Shown here: piece after piece, positions 18,943-27,824 of the stretch | Position numbering within the stretch: the stretch's first letter is position 1 | How the letters are laid out: each line of letters begins with the position of its first letter | Origin: an uncultured bacterium | Lineage (GTDB): Bacteria > Bacillota_I > Bacilli_A > RFN20 > CAG-826 | Direction of reading: 5' to 3' | Length of the DNA: 64,000 nucleotides | NCBI GenBank assembly: GCA_949291375.1 | Contig: CASEVI010000003.1 | Location: 14,224 to 78,223, forward strand | Translations under genes and position numbers: made by a program | The notes under the pieces: generated by a model | Told to the model about the DNA's origin: nothing | The model's database searches: none | The model's input: only the letters and a program-made list of their open reading frames with translations

Positions 18943-19567
18943 TAAAAATGTCCTCTACAAATTGTTGTGTATGAAAATCATAATTTCCATAATCTGGCAA
19001 AGTATTGATAATTGAAGTTGCTACATTTTCTCTTAAATAGGAAACATTTTGATCAATTCCACTATAAAGAAGAGCGCAAGCATATTGTGAGCAAGAGTAA
19101 GCAACTTGGTCGCTTATTCCATAATCTTTTAATTCGATTTCATTAGCTGTGCTGTCAAGAATAGGTATTTGTCTTATAACTTCGAAATTAACTTCGCTGT
19201 TAGTAATGCTTTTAACGAAATATTCTCCGTTAGATTGACCTTTAGTAAAATATAAATTCAAATAGCCTTTATATTTATTATTTCTATCGTAAATATTTTG
19301 ATAAGAATTAAAAACTTCATTTACATCAATTCCTAAATTGTAATAATTGTCCTCACTTTTTTCAAAAGTCATAACAACTGGAGAAACTTTATTTAAAGTA
19401 TAGACCAATGAAAATGCACGATTTAATGTTGTATAAACATTAAGAACAAAAGTTGCTAAATCAACATCAGTTAAATACGAGCCATCTTCAATTTTTTCTT
19501 TTGAGATTTCTCTATCAAACCACTCACAACTCTTAATTGTTTGATAAACCAAGTTAATTAATTTCAT
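18935..19567 (-). CDS. Head-tail adaptor-like protein
   Basis: About 210 aa, between capsid and nozzle genes; AAGGAG SD. Confidence 0.55.
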   Translation of the reverse strand: MKLINLVYQTIKSCEWFDREISKEKIEDGSYLTDVDLATFVLNVYTTLNRAFSLVYTLNKVSPVVMTFEKSEDNYYNLGIDVNEVFNSYQNIYDRNNKYKGYLNLYFTKGQSNGEYFVKSITNSEVNFEVIRQIPILDSTANEIELKDYGISDQVAYSCSQYACALLYSGIDQNVSYLRENVATSIINTLPDYGNYDFHTQQFVEDIFNA

Positions 19568-19591
19568 TGTCTTACTCCTTATTTTTTAAAC

Positions 19592-19666
19592 TGGTTGCAG
19601 AGGTTGGAATTGAACCAACGACCTTACGCTAACGAAACGCAAATGCTACCACTACACCACTCTGCG
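19592..19666 (-). tRNA. Initiator-like tRNA with anticodon CGU (reads ACG)
   Basis: CGCAGAG TG GTGT AGTGGTA GCAT T TGCGT TT-CGT-TA GCGTA AGGTC GTTGG TTCAATT CCAAC CTCTGCA A CCA; C1:A72 mismatch, G2:C71, C3:G70, A73, encoded CCA. Confidence 0.9.
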
Positions 19667-19708
19667 ATATGGTCCCCTTTTTGAATAGAAGGGGAAAACT
19701 ATTAATTA

Positions 19709-19897
19709 CTATCTTTCAGCAATTTTGGTAACTCTACCTTGTAAATTTCCTTTTTTGAGAACTTCGTAATGTTCTTCTGGAATCCAAACTGGTTGTCCAA
19801 CTTGGATAGTAATTCCTTTTAAATTGTGACTACAGAAAATTGTTTCTCTTTCATCACTTTCATCTTTTGTAATAATTACTTGAACTTCCTTTGCCAT
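19709..19897 (-). CDS. Small virion-associated protein
   Basis: 62 aa after the capsid gene; ITIQVGQPVWIP motif. Confidence 0.6.
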   Translation of the reverse strand: MAKEVQVIITKDESDERETIFCSHNLKGITIQVGQPVWIPEEHYEVLKKGNLQGRVTKIAER

Positions 19898-19900
19898 TTA

Positions 19901-21220
19901 TTAATCTCCACCATCAGTAACGCCTTTAACTACAACAGTGAATGTTTGGTCAGTATAACCAGTCTTCTTTGCTGTAATTACAGATGTTCCATTAGCAACA
20001 CCAGTAACAACACCAGTTGAAGCGCCTACTGTTGCAACACCAGTTGTTCCAGATGACCAAGTAACAGAAGTTGTTACATCAGTTCCAGTTTCATCAAATG
20101 CTTTAAGATTTAATTTTGTTTTGCCTTTGATAACATTACCAGGAGCAACAATAGTTAACATCTTTGCACTTGATACTGGTGTTCCTCTAACACCATTTCT
20201 TTCAACTTTATTACCCATAGCAGTAATATTTCCGTAGTCATCATAACCACTATCAACAGTGTTAAATCCACTACCAGAAATTTCAACTCTAACTAAACAT
20301 TCTTCAGCAGTAAGCATTGCACCAATTCCTTTAAATTTAACACCAAATGAACCTATTTGATTTAATGGGTCGTCAGTTCCAGCAGAACCTAATGCTTTAG
20401 CAATAAATTCGCCATTTGAACCATCAGTCTTGATTAAACCAACTGGTGCTCTACCTTTACTATCAGCAATATAGAAAAGTGCATATCTTGCATTAGTTGA
20501 AATATCGCCAGTTGAACCATCAACTTGATACATATATTGAGAGTCATCTTCTTCAATTAAGACACCTTCAAATTTATGTAAGTTACCTTCCATAACAGAT
20601 TCGCCATTTGCTGGTAAATCTTGGAAGAGGTTAGCACCAGCAACATTGTATTTAAGTCTTAATGAAGCAATATCTTCTGGTGTTAAAATTGCTTTAACGA
20701 CAGCATTTTTATTGGTTGTAAATTTCTTTAAATTAATTCTAATTTTAATGAAATCTTCTCTTGTTAAACCAGTAGCGCAAGTAACAACATTGTTTCCATT
20801 GAACCAAGGTTTTGCAGCAACTTCATCTAAAACAAAGTTTGCTTGATGAACAATAGAATTTTTTAAATCATCTACAATGTTATCGAAACCAAAGGTCATA
20901 TCTTCATCAGTGTAATTTGAATAGAAACCTTTTGGTGTAACCTTTTGTGTTCTTTCAATGTAAGTTAATTTTCCAGTTGGATCTGGTTTAATACCTTCTA
21001 AAAGGTCGTATGCGTCTGCATTTTTTGGTTTTGGATAAACAACTGTTCTAAATGAAGCAGTTTTGTAAGGTGCTTGTAAATTTTTTGCATAACATCTACT
21101 TCTCCAAGAACCAATTTTTGGTTTAATTTCATTAAAAATTTGTCTTTCTACTAATTCTTTATTTTCAACAGTCCCAAAGTCTCCTAATAAGACTGTTCCT
21201 TTTGTCATATCTGTTGGCGT
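19901..21220 (-). CDS. Major capsid protein (N4-gp56-like) with C-terminal Ig-like domain; predicted ACG start
   Basis: AGTDDPLNQIGSFGVK capsid motif; VTWSSGTTGVATVGASTGVVTGV Ig motif; AAAGGAGA-7nt-ACG at 21220 directly after in-frame TGA; the ATG is 19 nt from the SD. Confidence 0.9.
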   Translation of the reverse strand, partial: TPTDMTKGTVLLGDFGTVENKELVERQIFNEIKPKIGSWRSRCYAKNLQAPYKTASFRTVVYPKPKNADAYDLLEGIKPDPTGKLTYIERTQKVTPKGFYSNYTDEDMTFGFDNIVDDLKNSIVHQANFVLDEVAAKPWFNGNNVVTCATGLTREDFIKIRINLKKFTTNKNAVVKAILTPEDIASLRLKYNVAGANLFQDLPANGESVMEGNLHKFEGVLIEEDDSQYMYQVDGSTGDISTNARYALFYIADSKGRAPVGLIKTDGSNGEFIAKALGSAGTDDPLNQIGSFGVKFKGIGAMLTAEECLVRVEISGSGFNTVDSGYDDYGNITAMGNKVERNGVRGTPVSSAKMLTIVAPGNVIKGKTKLNLKAFDETGTDVTTSVTWSSGTTGVATVGASTGVVTGVANGTSVITAKKTGYTDQTFTVVVKGVTDGGD

Positions 21221-21237
21221 TCAATAATCTCCTTTAA

Positions 21238-21909
21238 CTATAAATTCTTTGGAAAGTGTTTTTCATATTCTTTTGCGACTTCTTCATCGCTCATATCTTT
21301 AACACTTTTCTTTGCTGTTTCTCCTTTTCCTTGAGATGTTGGTGTAGAAATATCTTGTGTTGGCTTATATTTGTTAGTTAATTTAACAAATCCTTCATAA
21401 ATTGAAATAATCGAACTTTTTCCCCATTTACCATTTGCATAATCTTTGAAATCTTCATCGTTTTTGCTCATTTCAACAATGTTAATATCTGGGTATTTTT
21501 TCTTAAAATCTGATAGGTCTTTATTAGCCTTGATTTTTTGTTCTTCTTGTTCTTTTTCTTCAATACCTTTTTTTCTACGCATTTCAGCTGATAATCTTGC
21601 GTAACCTTTAATTGGGTCTTCGCCTTTTTCATCAAGTTTTTTCATTTCTTGATAAACTTCTAAATCGAAATCATCAACCATTTCATCCCCAGTGTAAGGA
21701 TTTACCTTTAAAGTCTCTCGAATTCCATCTTCATAAGTCTTTTTTTCGTTCTCTCTTCTTTTGCTAGCGAAATAAGAGTTAACTTTAGGACTTTGAGGTT
21801 TCTTTTCTTGAGTGACTTTAGTTTGTTGCTCCGTTTCATTATGATTTTCCTCTTCAAATTCTGGATTATCATTTTGATTTTCAGCAACATTTGTTTTTGT
21901 TTCTTCCAT
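21238..21909 (-). CDS. Capsid scaffolding protein
   Basis: Acidic N-terminus, charged helical, between portal and capsid. Confidence 0.75.
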   Translation of the reverse strand: MEETKTNVAENQNDNPEFEEENHNETEQQTKVTQEKKPQSPKVNSYFASKRRENEKKTYEDGIRETLKVNPYTGDEMVDDFDLEVYQEMKKLDEKGEDPIKGYARLSAEMRRKKGIEEKEQEEQKIKANKDLSDFKKKYPDINIVEMSKNDEDFKDYANGKWGKSSIISIYEGFVKLTNKYKPTQDISTPTSQGKGETAKKSVKDMSDEEVAKEYEKHFPKNL

Positions 21910-22000
21910 TTGTTCTCCTTTCTCTTGGTTATGGAACTACCAAGCTATTTTTTCGCTGTTAGTTGCGATGAGATTTTTACGCTATTCTCTTGCGATTTAT

Positions 22001-24031
22001 TTATTCGACATAATTACTAGCGGAAGGCATCGAGACATTAGCTGAACTTTTTGCACCACTAGGATTATTCGATATAACCTTGTTTTGTGCCTTAATAATA
22101 TCGTTTTGAGCATTAATCTTATTAGTAAATTCTTTCTCAAGGTTCTTTGTATATTCACTTTGAATACCAAGTTTATTCTCTAACGAAGCAGTATATTGCG
22201 TAATTTGTTGCAATTGCTGTTGTGCTTGTTCAATAACTCTTGTAAGTTGAGAAATTTCATCTTTCTTTTGTCTTTCAATAATCGACTTGAAATTTGTTTT
22301 GAATGATGGTGGGATTAATGGATAAAGTTCAAAGAATAATTCTTTTGTATGTGTATCCATATTTTGCAAGCCACCACCAATTACAAGTTGGTTCATCATA
22401 TCAGCGACAACAATTTCGCTATAACGAGTGCCTCTTCCAGCTTCAACTGCAATATCGAAACTATCATCTCTAATATCACTAGGATTAAATTCTCTAACTT
22501 GTTCTCTCTTTGCTTCTGGATATTCCATAGGGTTTATATTTAAGCCATTTGCCCTATCTTGTTTAATTCTTACTACTCTTGCTAATTGCTCTTTTTTGAG
22601 TTCATCATCACTTAATTCGATTGTATATTCGATTTTTTGATAATAGAACTTATAGAACATTAAGCGAATATATGCTTTATCAACACAGAAATCCCAGAAT
22701 CTTCTTTGTGCTTGTTCTATACGAGTGTTTTTCTCTTCGTTAATAAGTTGAATTGCAACACCACTTAAATTCTTTGTTGTTGCAACTGAAGGAGAAATCT
22801 CATCTACGCCACTAATATTTCGAGTTCTTTGAATAAATATGTCGTTATAATTAACAACACTTGTATTCATTGGACTTCCTTCAAGTCTTTTAATTCCAAA
22901 ATCATTACCTTTGTGATGATCAACAAGCATTTGTCTAGGGTCATTTGTGATTTTTTGTCCCTTCAACGAGTCATCTTTAACGATTGTTTTTCCCATTCCA
23001 GAATTCATTGCATCAAGTAAGACCATTGAGTCTAATTGGTTAATGTATTTTTGATTTGGTATCATCTCTTCAATATCGCTTTTACCATAAATTGACCTTC
23101 TTAATGGTTTTGGACAATAAATAGCAAAAGGGTAAAGAGCAAATTTTGATTTAATTTTTTTATAATTTTCACTTGTAAGTAATTTTCTATCGTGGATATT
23201 AGCAGTTGTATCTTCTTTATCCATTTCTTTGTAATCTTCGATATTACTTTCATCTCCATTGTTTTCATTGATTGTAAGTTTTTTAGTCCTCAATCTTGGG
23301 TTCATTGGAATTGGATCAGTAATATCAACATCACGAGTAGACATTTGGAAATAAACTTCTCCATCAATTCTAAAAAAACGAGTAAATAAGACACATCTTT
23401 TAGAAGCAATATCAACATCACTTAAATCTGATAATTCTTGATAAGTATAACCATCTGGAACAATCATTTCTTTTTTCTTTTTGTCTTCTACAAGATCTCT
23501 AATTGCTCCAACACTTTCACTAGAGAAGAACATTACCCATTCTTGTTTTTGAATATCGCCGATTGTTGGATTTGCTACTCTAAAGAATTCTGGTTCAATA
23601 TGTTCCCCAGCAAGACCACCACTATATCTTCCATCAACAGTGGTATTGTCTTTATCCCAACGATAGTAATAGATTTCAGTTCCATAAATTAAGCCGTTAG
23701 AACAAGAAACATAATTTGCTTCATCTTCTTTTAGTCTATTTAAGTTATATTTATCGAAATTCGATAAATTAATTGTGCTTTTTGTATTATCAAAAATTGT
23801 GAAATTTAATGCGAAAGGTGTTCCACAAATTTTACTTGCTTTACTATCGACACTAAAACCACAGATATTAGTTACTGGCTTAGGCATATTAATATCGTTT
23901 TTTGCAGATTTAGGATATTGATCGCCATTATAAAAATCATACATTTTCTTCCAGTATGCACTAAAACCTTTTGAGTCAATAAAGTTTTGACTTTGTAAAT
24001 AGCATTGGTAATTTAATGTTTCTCTATTCAT
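22001..24031 (-). CDS. Portal protein
   Basis: 676 aa, FYNGDQY N-terminal motif, LSGVAIQ motif, C-terminal coiled coil; ACG immediately precedes the ATG. Confidence 0.85.
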   Translation of the reverse strand: MNRETLNYQCYLQSQNFIDSKGFSAYWKKMYDFYNGDQYPKSAKNDINMPKPVTNICGFSVDSKASKICGTPFALNFTIFDNTKSTINLSNFDKYNLNRLKEDEANYVSCSNGLIYGTEIYYYRWDKDNTTVDGRYSGGLAGEHIEPEFFRVANPTIGDIQKQEWVMFFSSESVGAIRDLVEDKKKKEMIVPDGYTYQELSDLSDVDIASKRCVLFTRFFRIDGEVYFQMSTRDVDITDPIPMNPRLRTKKLTINENNGDESNIEDYKEMDKEDTTANIHDRKLLTSENYKKIKSKFALYPFAIYCPKPLRRSIYGKSDIEEMIPNQKYINQLDSMVLLDAMNSGMGKTIVKDDSLKGQKITNDPRQMLVDHHKGNDFGIKRLEGSPMNTSVVNYNDIFIQRTRNISGVDEISPSVATTKNLSGVAIQLINEEKNTRIEQAQRRFWDFCVDKAYIRLMFYKFYYQKIEYTIELSDDELKKEQLARVVRIKQDRANGLNINPMEYPEAKREQVREFNPSDIRDDSFDIAVEAGRGTRYSEIVVADMMNQLVIGGGLQNMDTHTKELFFELYPLIPPSFKTNFKSIIERQKKDEISQLTRVIEQAQQQLQQITQYTASLENKLGIQSEYTKNLEKEFTNKINAQNDIIKAQNKVISNNPSGAKSSANVSMPSASNYVE

Positions 24032-24278
24032 CGTTTAAGTGTTCTCCGTCTTGTGGACTTAAATAGTCAACTGTTTCATTTCTTCTTTGCAAAATATAAT
24101 CAAGTCTTCCCTTACAAATATCTAAATCATTTCTCAACTTTTGGTTTTCTTCTTTTAAGGACTTAATTTCTTTAAGCAATAACAAATCATCTTCTTTTAA
24201 GTTTAAAAGTGCTAACACTCTACCTAGTGAATTAGCCATTTTAATATCTCTTCGCTTTAAACTTGTTAATCTGCCCAT
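24024..24278 (-). CDS. Hypothetical coiled-coil protein
   Basis: ORF with GAGG SD between terminase and portal. Confidence 0.6.
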   Translation of the reverse strand: MGRLTSLKRRDIKMANSLGRVLALLNLKEDDLLLLKEIKSLKEENQKLRNDLDICKGRLDYILQRRNETVDYLSPQDGEHLNDE

Positions 24279-25987
24279 GTATAAATGTCCTCAATTTGAT
24301 TTTCATCTTCGTAATCTTTATCTAAATCGAGAGGGTCAAAGCCAATTTTTTTAACTAACATTTTATGTAAGTTATCTTCAACATCGGCTCTTTGTTGCTC
24401 TCTACCATAATAAGCAATTAATAATGCCATAACGCAGTCATCATGGCTCTTACCACTGCCCTTTGCTTTAACTCTTTCGCTGTTGGAACTTTCTTCATAA
24501 ACGAAGCTTTCCATTTGCGTAAGAGTTTCGAAATCGTAAATGTTTGTATAAGTTTTCTCTCTACAGATACCTACTGCAATATCAACCATTGTTTTTTTGT
24601 TATATCCAGTCTTTACACCATAGAGTTCATATAATGCCCCGCTAAATGAACTATCTTGAGCCTCACGAATATAAACATGGTTATAATTTGCTTTCATAAA
24701 GAACTTAACCATTGCGTCTGTTGTATTCGTTTCTGGAACAAGTAAAGCGTCATTATATTTCTTTGCAAGCAATATTGCTTTTGCTGAACTTATATCATTG
24801 TCTTCACCTTTGACCATATAAGTTGCTACTTGTTTTAATGTTGCATTGTCTATTACTTGGAAAACTGTATAATCGATACCTTTTCCTCTTGCTGGGTCAA
24901 TTCCAATAACATAAGGGTGTCCTTCTATTGGTCTTTCATAAACCTTCAAATTTCCGACCTTCGTTTTTCTAAATTCCACATTTTCGATTTTATAATCTGT
25001 GAAACTACCTTTAATATCGAAATAGAAATCTCCTTGTAAATAATGAACATTTTCACTAACAAATTGCTTTCTAATTGCGATAGCCTCATTATCAAAAACC
25101 GAATTACCAGTAGAGATAAAGGCATCCATTGGAATTGTTGGATTTTCTTGCTTCATTAAGTTTAAATCTTTCTTTAACTCGACCCATTTAACTCTCCACC
25201 AAGCCATTTGCTCATCACTTAAGTGATAATCTTTTTGCAACTTTTCTTCATAAGGTGTTTTTGTAAAACCATCATAAGGAAGTTCATTTCCCTTTTTCAT
25301 AAACCAAGGATAAAAGAAAGATTTCCATATACCTTGTTTTGAAACTCCTAGATCGTAATAGTCTTTAAAACTATTAAAACCATTTGCTGTGGATTCTATA
25401 AACACCATATTTTCAAGGTTGCCCATATAGACCGATTGGAGAATTGCAGTTAAAGTTCCATCTAAATCATCATAGAAACCAGCCTCGGATAAATGCACAT
25501 AATTAATAGTCGCACCTCTACCAACACCATCGCCTTGAGTTAAAACTCTTATTGATGATCCAGTAGATTGAGATTGGATTTCTCTTCTATTATCAGCACT
25601 TAACTTTGTCTTTAATGCTTCTGGAAGGTTATCATAAAACCTCTTATACATCTTAAAGATTTCGCCAGTGCTTTCTGTTTTATGAGCAATAATAACCGCC
25701 TTACGATTTGATTGAAACATTGTTAAAACAAAAATTAAAGAAGCGATAAAGGTTGTAAATCCAAGTTGTCTAGCTTTTAAAATAACAAACCTAATAGGTT
25801 TCTTATTCTTAACACATTTACAAATTTCAAAGAGCAATTCATTTTGTGCTTCATTAAGTTCCAAGGTATGCGTGGCTGAAGTTTCATCAACAATGTAGAT
25901 AAAATTTTTCAGCCACTTTTTAAATGAATAAAGTTTGGAACCTAACGAGAAATATAAATCCGTGCAATCTTCGTTAGTCCTTATCAT
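24266..25987 (-). CDS. terL: Terminase large subunit
   Basis: ILKARQLGFTT Walker A, VHLSE Walker B, ESTANG motif, IGIDPA and HDDCVMA nuclease motifs. Confidence 0.95.
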   Translation of the reverse strand: MIRTNEDCTDLYFSLGSKLYSFKKWLKNFIYIVDETSATHTLELNEAQNELLFEICKCVKNKKPIRFVILKARQLGFTTFIASLIFVLTMFQSNRKAVIIAHKTESTGEIFKMYKRFYDNLPEALKTKLSADNRREIQSQSTGSSIRVLTQGDGVGRGATINYVHLSEAGFYDDLDGTLTAILQSVYMGNLENMVFIESTANGFNSFKDYYDLGVSKQGIWKSFFYPWFMKKGNELPYDGFTKTPYEEKLQKDYHLSDEQMAWWRVKWVELKKDLNLMKQENPTIPMDAFISTGNSVFDNEAIAIRKQFVSENVHYLQGDFYFDIKGSFTDYKIENVEFRKTKVGNLKVYERPIEGHPYVIGIDPARGKGIDYTVFQVIDNATLKQVATYMVKGEDNDISSAKAILLAKKYNDALLVPETNTTDAMVKFFMKANYNHVYIREAQDSSFSGALYELYGVKTGYNKKTMVDIAVGICREKTYTNIYDFETLTQMESFVYEESSNSERVKAKGSGKSHDDCVMALLIAYYGREQQRADVEDNLHKMLVKKIGFDPLDLDKDYEDENQIEDIYTWAD

Positions 25988-26252
25988 TTCCAACCTCTGC
26001 TTGTTTTAAAATAACTTCAAGAGAAAGTGTCCCACTGATTTCCTTCCTTTCGACATCTTCTCCAGCGATCTTTTGAAGTTCGATTAAAGATGATGTTTTA
26101 GGTCTCTCTAAAACTTTAGCAACACCAACACGAGCAATATATTCTGCCGTGGTATATTTGCTTAAGTCTTCATCTAAAGGAATCTCTCTTGTAGTATCTG
26201 CTGGTTGGGCTAATAATTCCTTGGTTGCTTCAGTGATAGTTTTATACTTCAT
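25974..26252 (-). CDS. Putative terminase small subunit
   Basis: Directly upstream of and overlapping terL. Confidence 0.6.
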   Translation of the reverse strand: MKYKTITEATKELLAQPADTTREIPLDEDLSKYTTAEYIARVGVAKVLERPKTSSLIELQKIAGEDVERKEISGTLSLEVILKQAEVGNDKD

Positions 26253-26258
26253 ACTTTT

Positions 26259-26287
26259 GCACTAATACAAGAGAGTTTATTTGTCAA
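26259..26287 (-). promoter_or_regulatory. Putative late promoter, copy 3
   Basis: TTGACA-17-TAGTGC with TTGTAT motif, 6 nt before the ATG. Confidence 0.6.
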
Positions 26288-27019
26288 GTGGGAAATATTT
26301 TAAATTGACAACAGTAAGAATTGAAAAATTAGGAAAAATTGTAATGGGACTAAATTTATATAATTGTGCCCCCTAGTCATTTTAGGATAGGGGTGGGGGT
26401 GTATAAAGACATGATAAAAATCCCTATATTATGGGCTTAATAATCATTAATATTGACTATATTTTCACATAAAAATGGACATTAATATATAAAAAATGCG
26501 ATAAATACCGATATGTTGGTATTCTTAAAAGAATATTAACCACTAATTATAATTTTGATTTTTTATTTTAATTGTATTTATTTAACAATTGACTATTTAT
26601 TATAACAATAAAAATATAGTTTCTTTTTAATATAACTATTTTTTAATATAACTATAATTATTAATACATATTTTATTTTTATCTTAAATAAGAATATTTT
26701 CGTTTTAATTATATTTACATCTAATTTAACTAATTCATTTTATTAATTATATAAATTTAATTTATTAAATATGTCTTAATTATAACAATAATATATAAAA
26801 TAATTATTAGTTATAACTTATATTATTCGGTTTATTTATAATTTGATTGTTAATTATAACGTTTAGTAATGAGAAAAAATTTTTAATTGACTATTTTAAT
26901 ACCGAAAATTTTTACACTGTCAAAAAAGTAAAGAGTAATTAGTATAAGGGTGAAAGTTAAGTTTTCAAGCTTTCCTTACTTGGACACTTAGAGCCAAGAA
27001 GATTTGGGGGTTATAAACC

Positions 27020-27499
27020 ATGAAAGAAAACAAAAATGGCACAATTACATTAACAAAAGCCGAATTATTAGAATTTATTCAAGAGAGTATTAAAAAACAA
27101 ACTAGCAAACAACAACCACTTTTTAGCCAAGAAGACATAATCAAAAACGCTAAAAAAAATTACATCAAGTTTTTAACAAGTCAAAACTTTCAAGTAGCAA
27201 GTTATAACGACTTATTTACATTACTTGAAAATAAAGTCTTAAATAGCAAAAAGTTTTGCGGTGTTGAAAAAGACATGTTAGACATTGTTAATTATGCTTT
27301 AAAAAACGATTACAAAGCACTTTTAGATGGTGCAAAAAAAGATTTTGTTAAACATTGTCGCTATCAAGTTTCTTTTAAGAAACTAGATAAAGAGCAATGG
27401 TTAGCAATAGATAACAACAATGTTTGTTATATCAAGCAAGTTAAAGACAATAAAGTCAAAATCATCGAAAAATCAATAAATGATTTCTTAGGGGCTTAA
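27020..27499 (+). CDS. Hypothetical phage protein
   Basis: ORF with GGGGG SD. Confidence 0.7.
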   Translation: MKENKNGTITLTKAELLEFIQESIKKQTSKQQPLFSQEDIIKNAKKNYIKFLTSQNFQVASYNDLFTLLENKVLNSKKFCGVEKDMLDIVNYALKNDYKALLDGAKKDFVKHCRYQVSFKKLDKEQWLAIDNNNVCYIKQVKDNKVKIIEKSINDFLGA

Positions 27500-27501
27500 C
27501 T

Positions 27502-27627
27502 ATGAAAAAATATTACATTACTTTACACGGCATAAAAATAGCCGTTTATGATACATATAATCAAGCAATTGAAAGTTTAAAATATTTTCAAGAGATTAAC
27601 AAAAATTATCAATTAAAAGCACTATAA
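27502..27627 (+). CDS. Small hypothetical protein (41 aa)
   Basis: AGGGG SD; MKKYYITLHGIKIAVYDTY...KAL*. Confidence 0.5.
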   Translation: MKKYYITLHGIKIAVYDTYNQAIESLKYFQEINKNYQLKAL

Positions 27628-27694
27628 AAAGTGCTTTTTTTATATGTTGTTTTAATTTTAAAGTGCTTGTTAAATTACAAGTGCTTTTTATTTA

Positions 27695-27786
27695 GCGTTT
27701 AAACGCTTAAATTTAAACGATTTTATTAATGGTGCTATATTTATACCATTTTTTAGTTTTTGTTTAAATATGAGCATTTAAAACGC
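27695..27786. repeat. Long imperfect inverted repeat
   Basis: GCGTTTAAACGCTTAAATTTAAACG pairs with TGTTTAAATATGAGCATTTAAAACGC; inner AATGGT...ACCATT stem. Confidence 0.75.
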
Positions 27787-27824
27787 ATTTATGAACGTTT
27801 CTTAAAATTATGGGGGTTTAAAAA

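Noticed and set aside
19592-19666. Ordinary elongator tRNA-Thr(CGU) or a dead pseudo-tRNA
   Set aside because: C1:A72 and the fMet-like body do not fit tRNA-Thr (G1:C72). All stems still pair and CCA is intact, and matching ACG starts argue against simple decay. Not formally excluded.
13771-21220. ACG starts as sequencing errors or inactivating mutations of a decaying prophage
   Set aside because: This would need four independent T-to-C changes only at start codons plus the complementary anticodon change, while the genes are otherwise intact.
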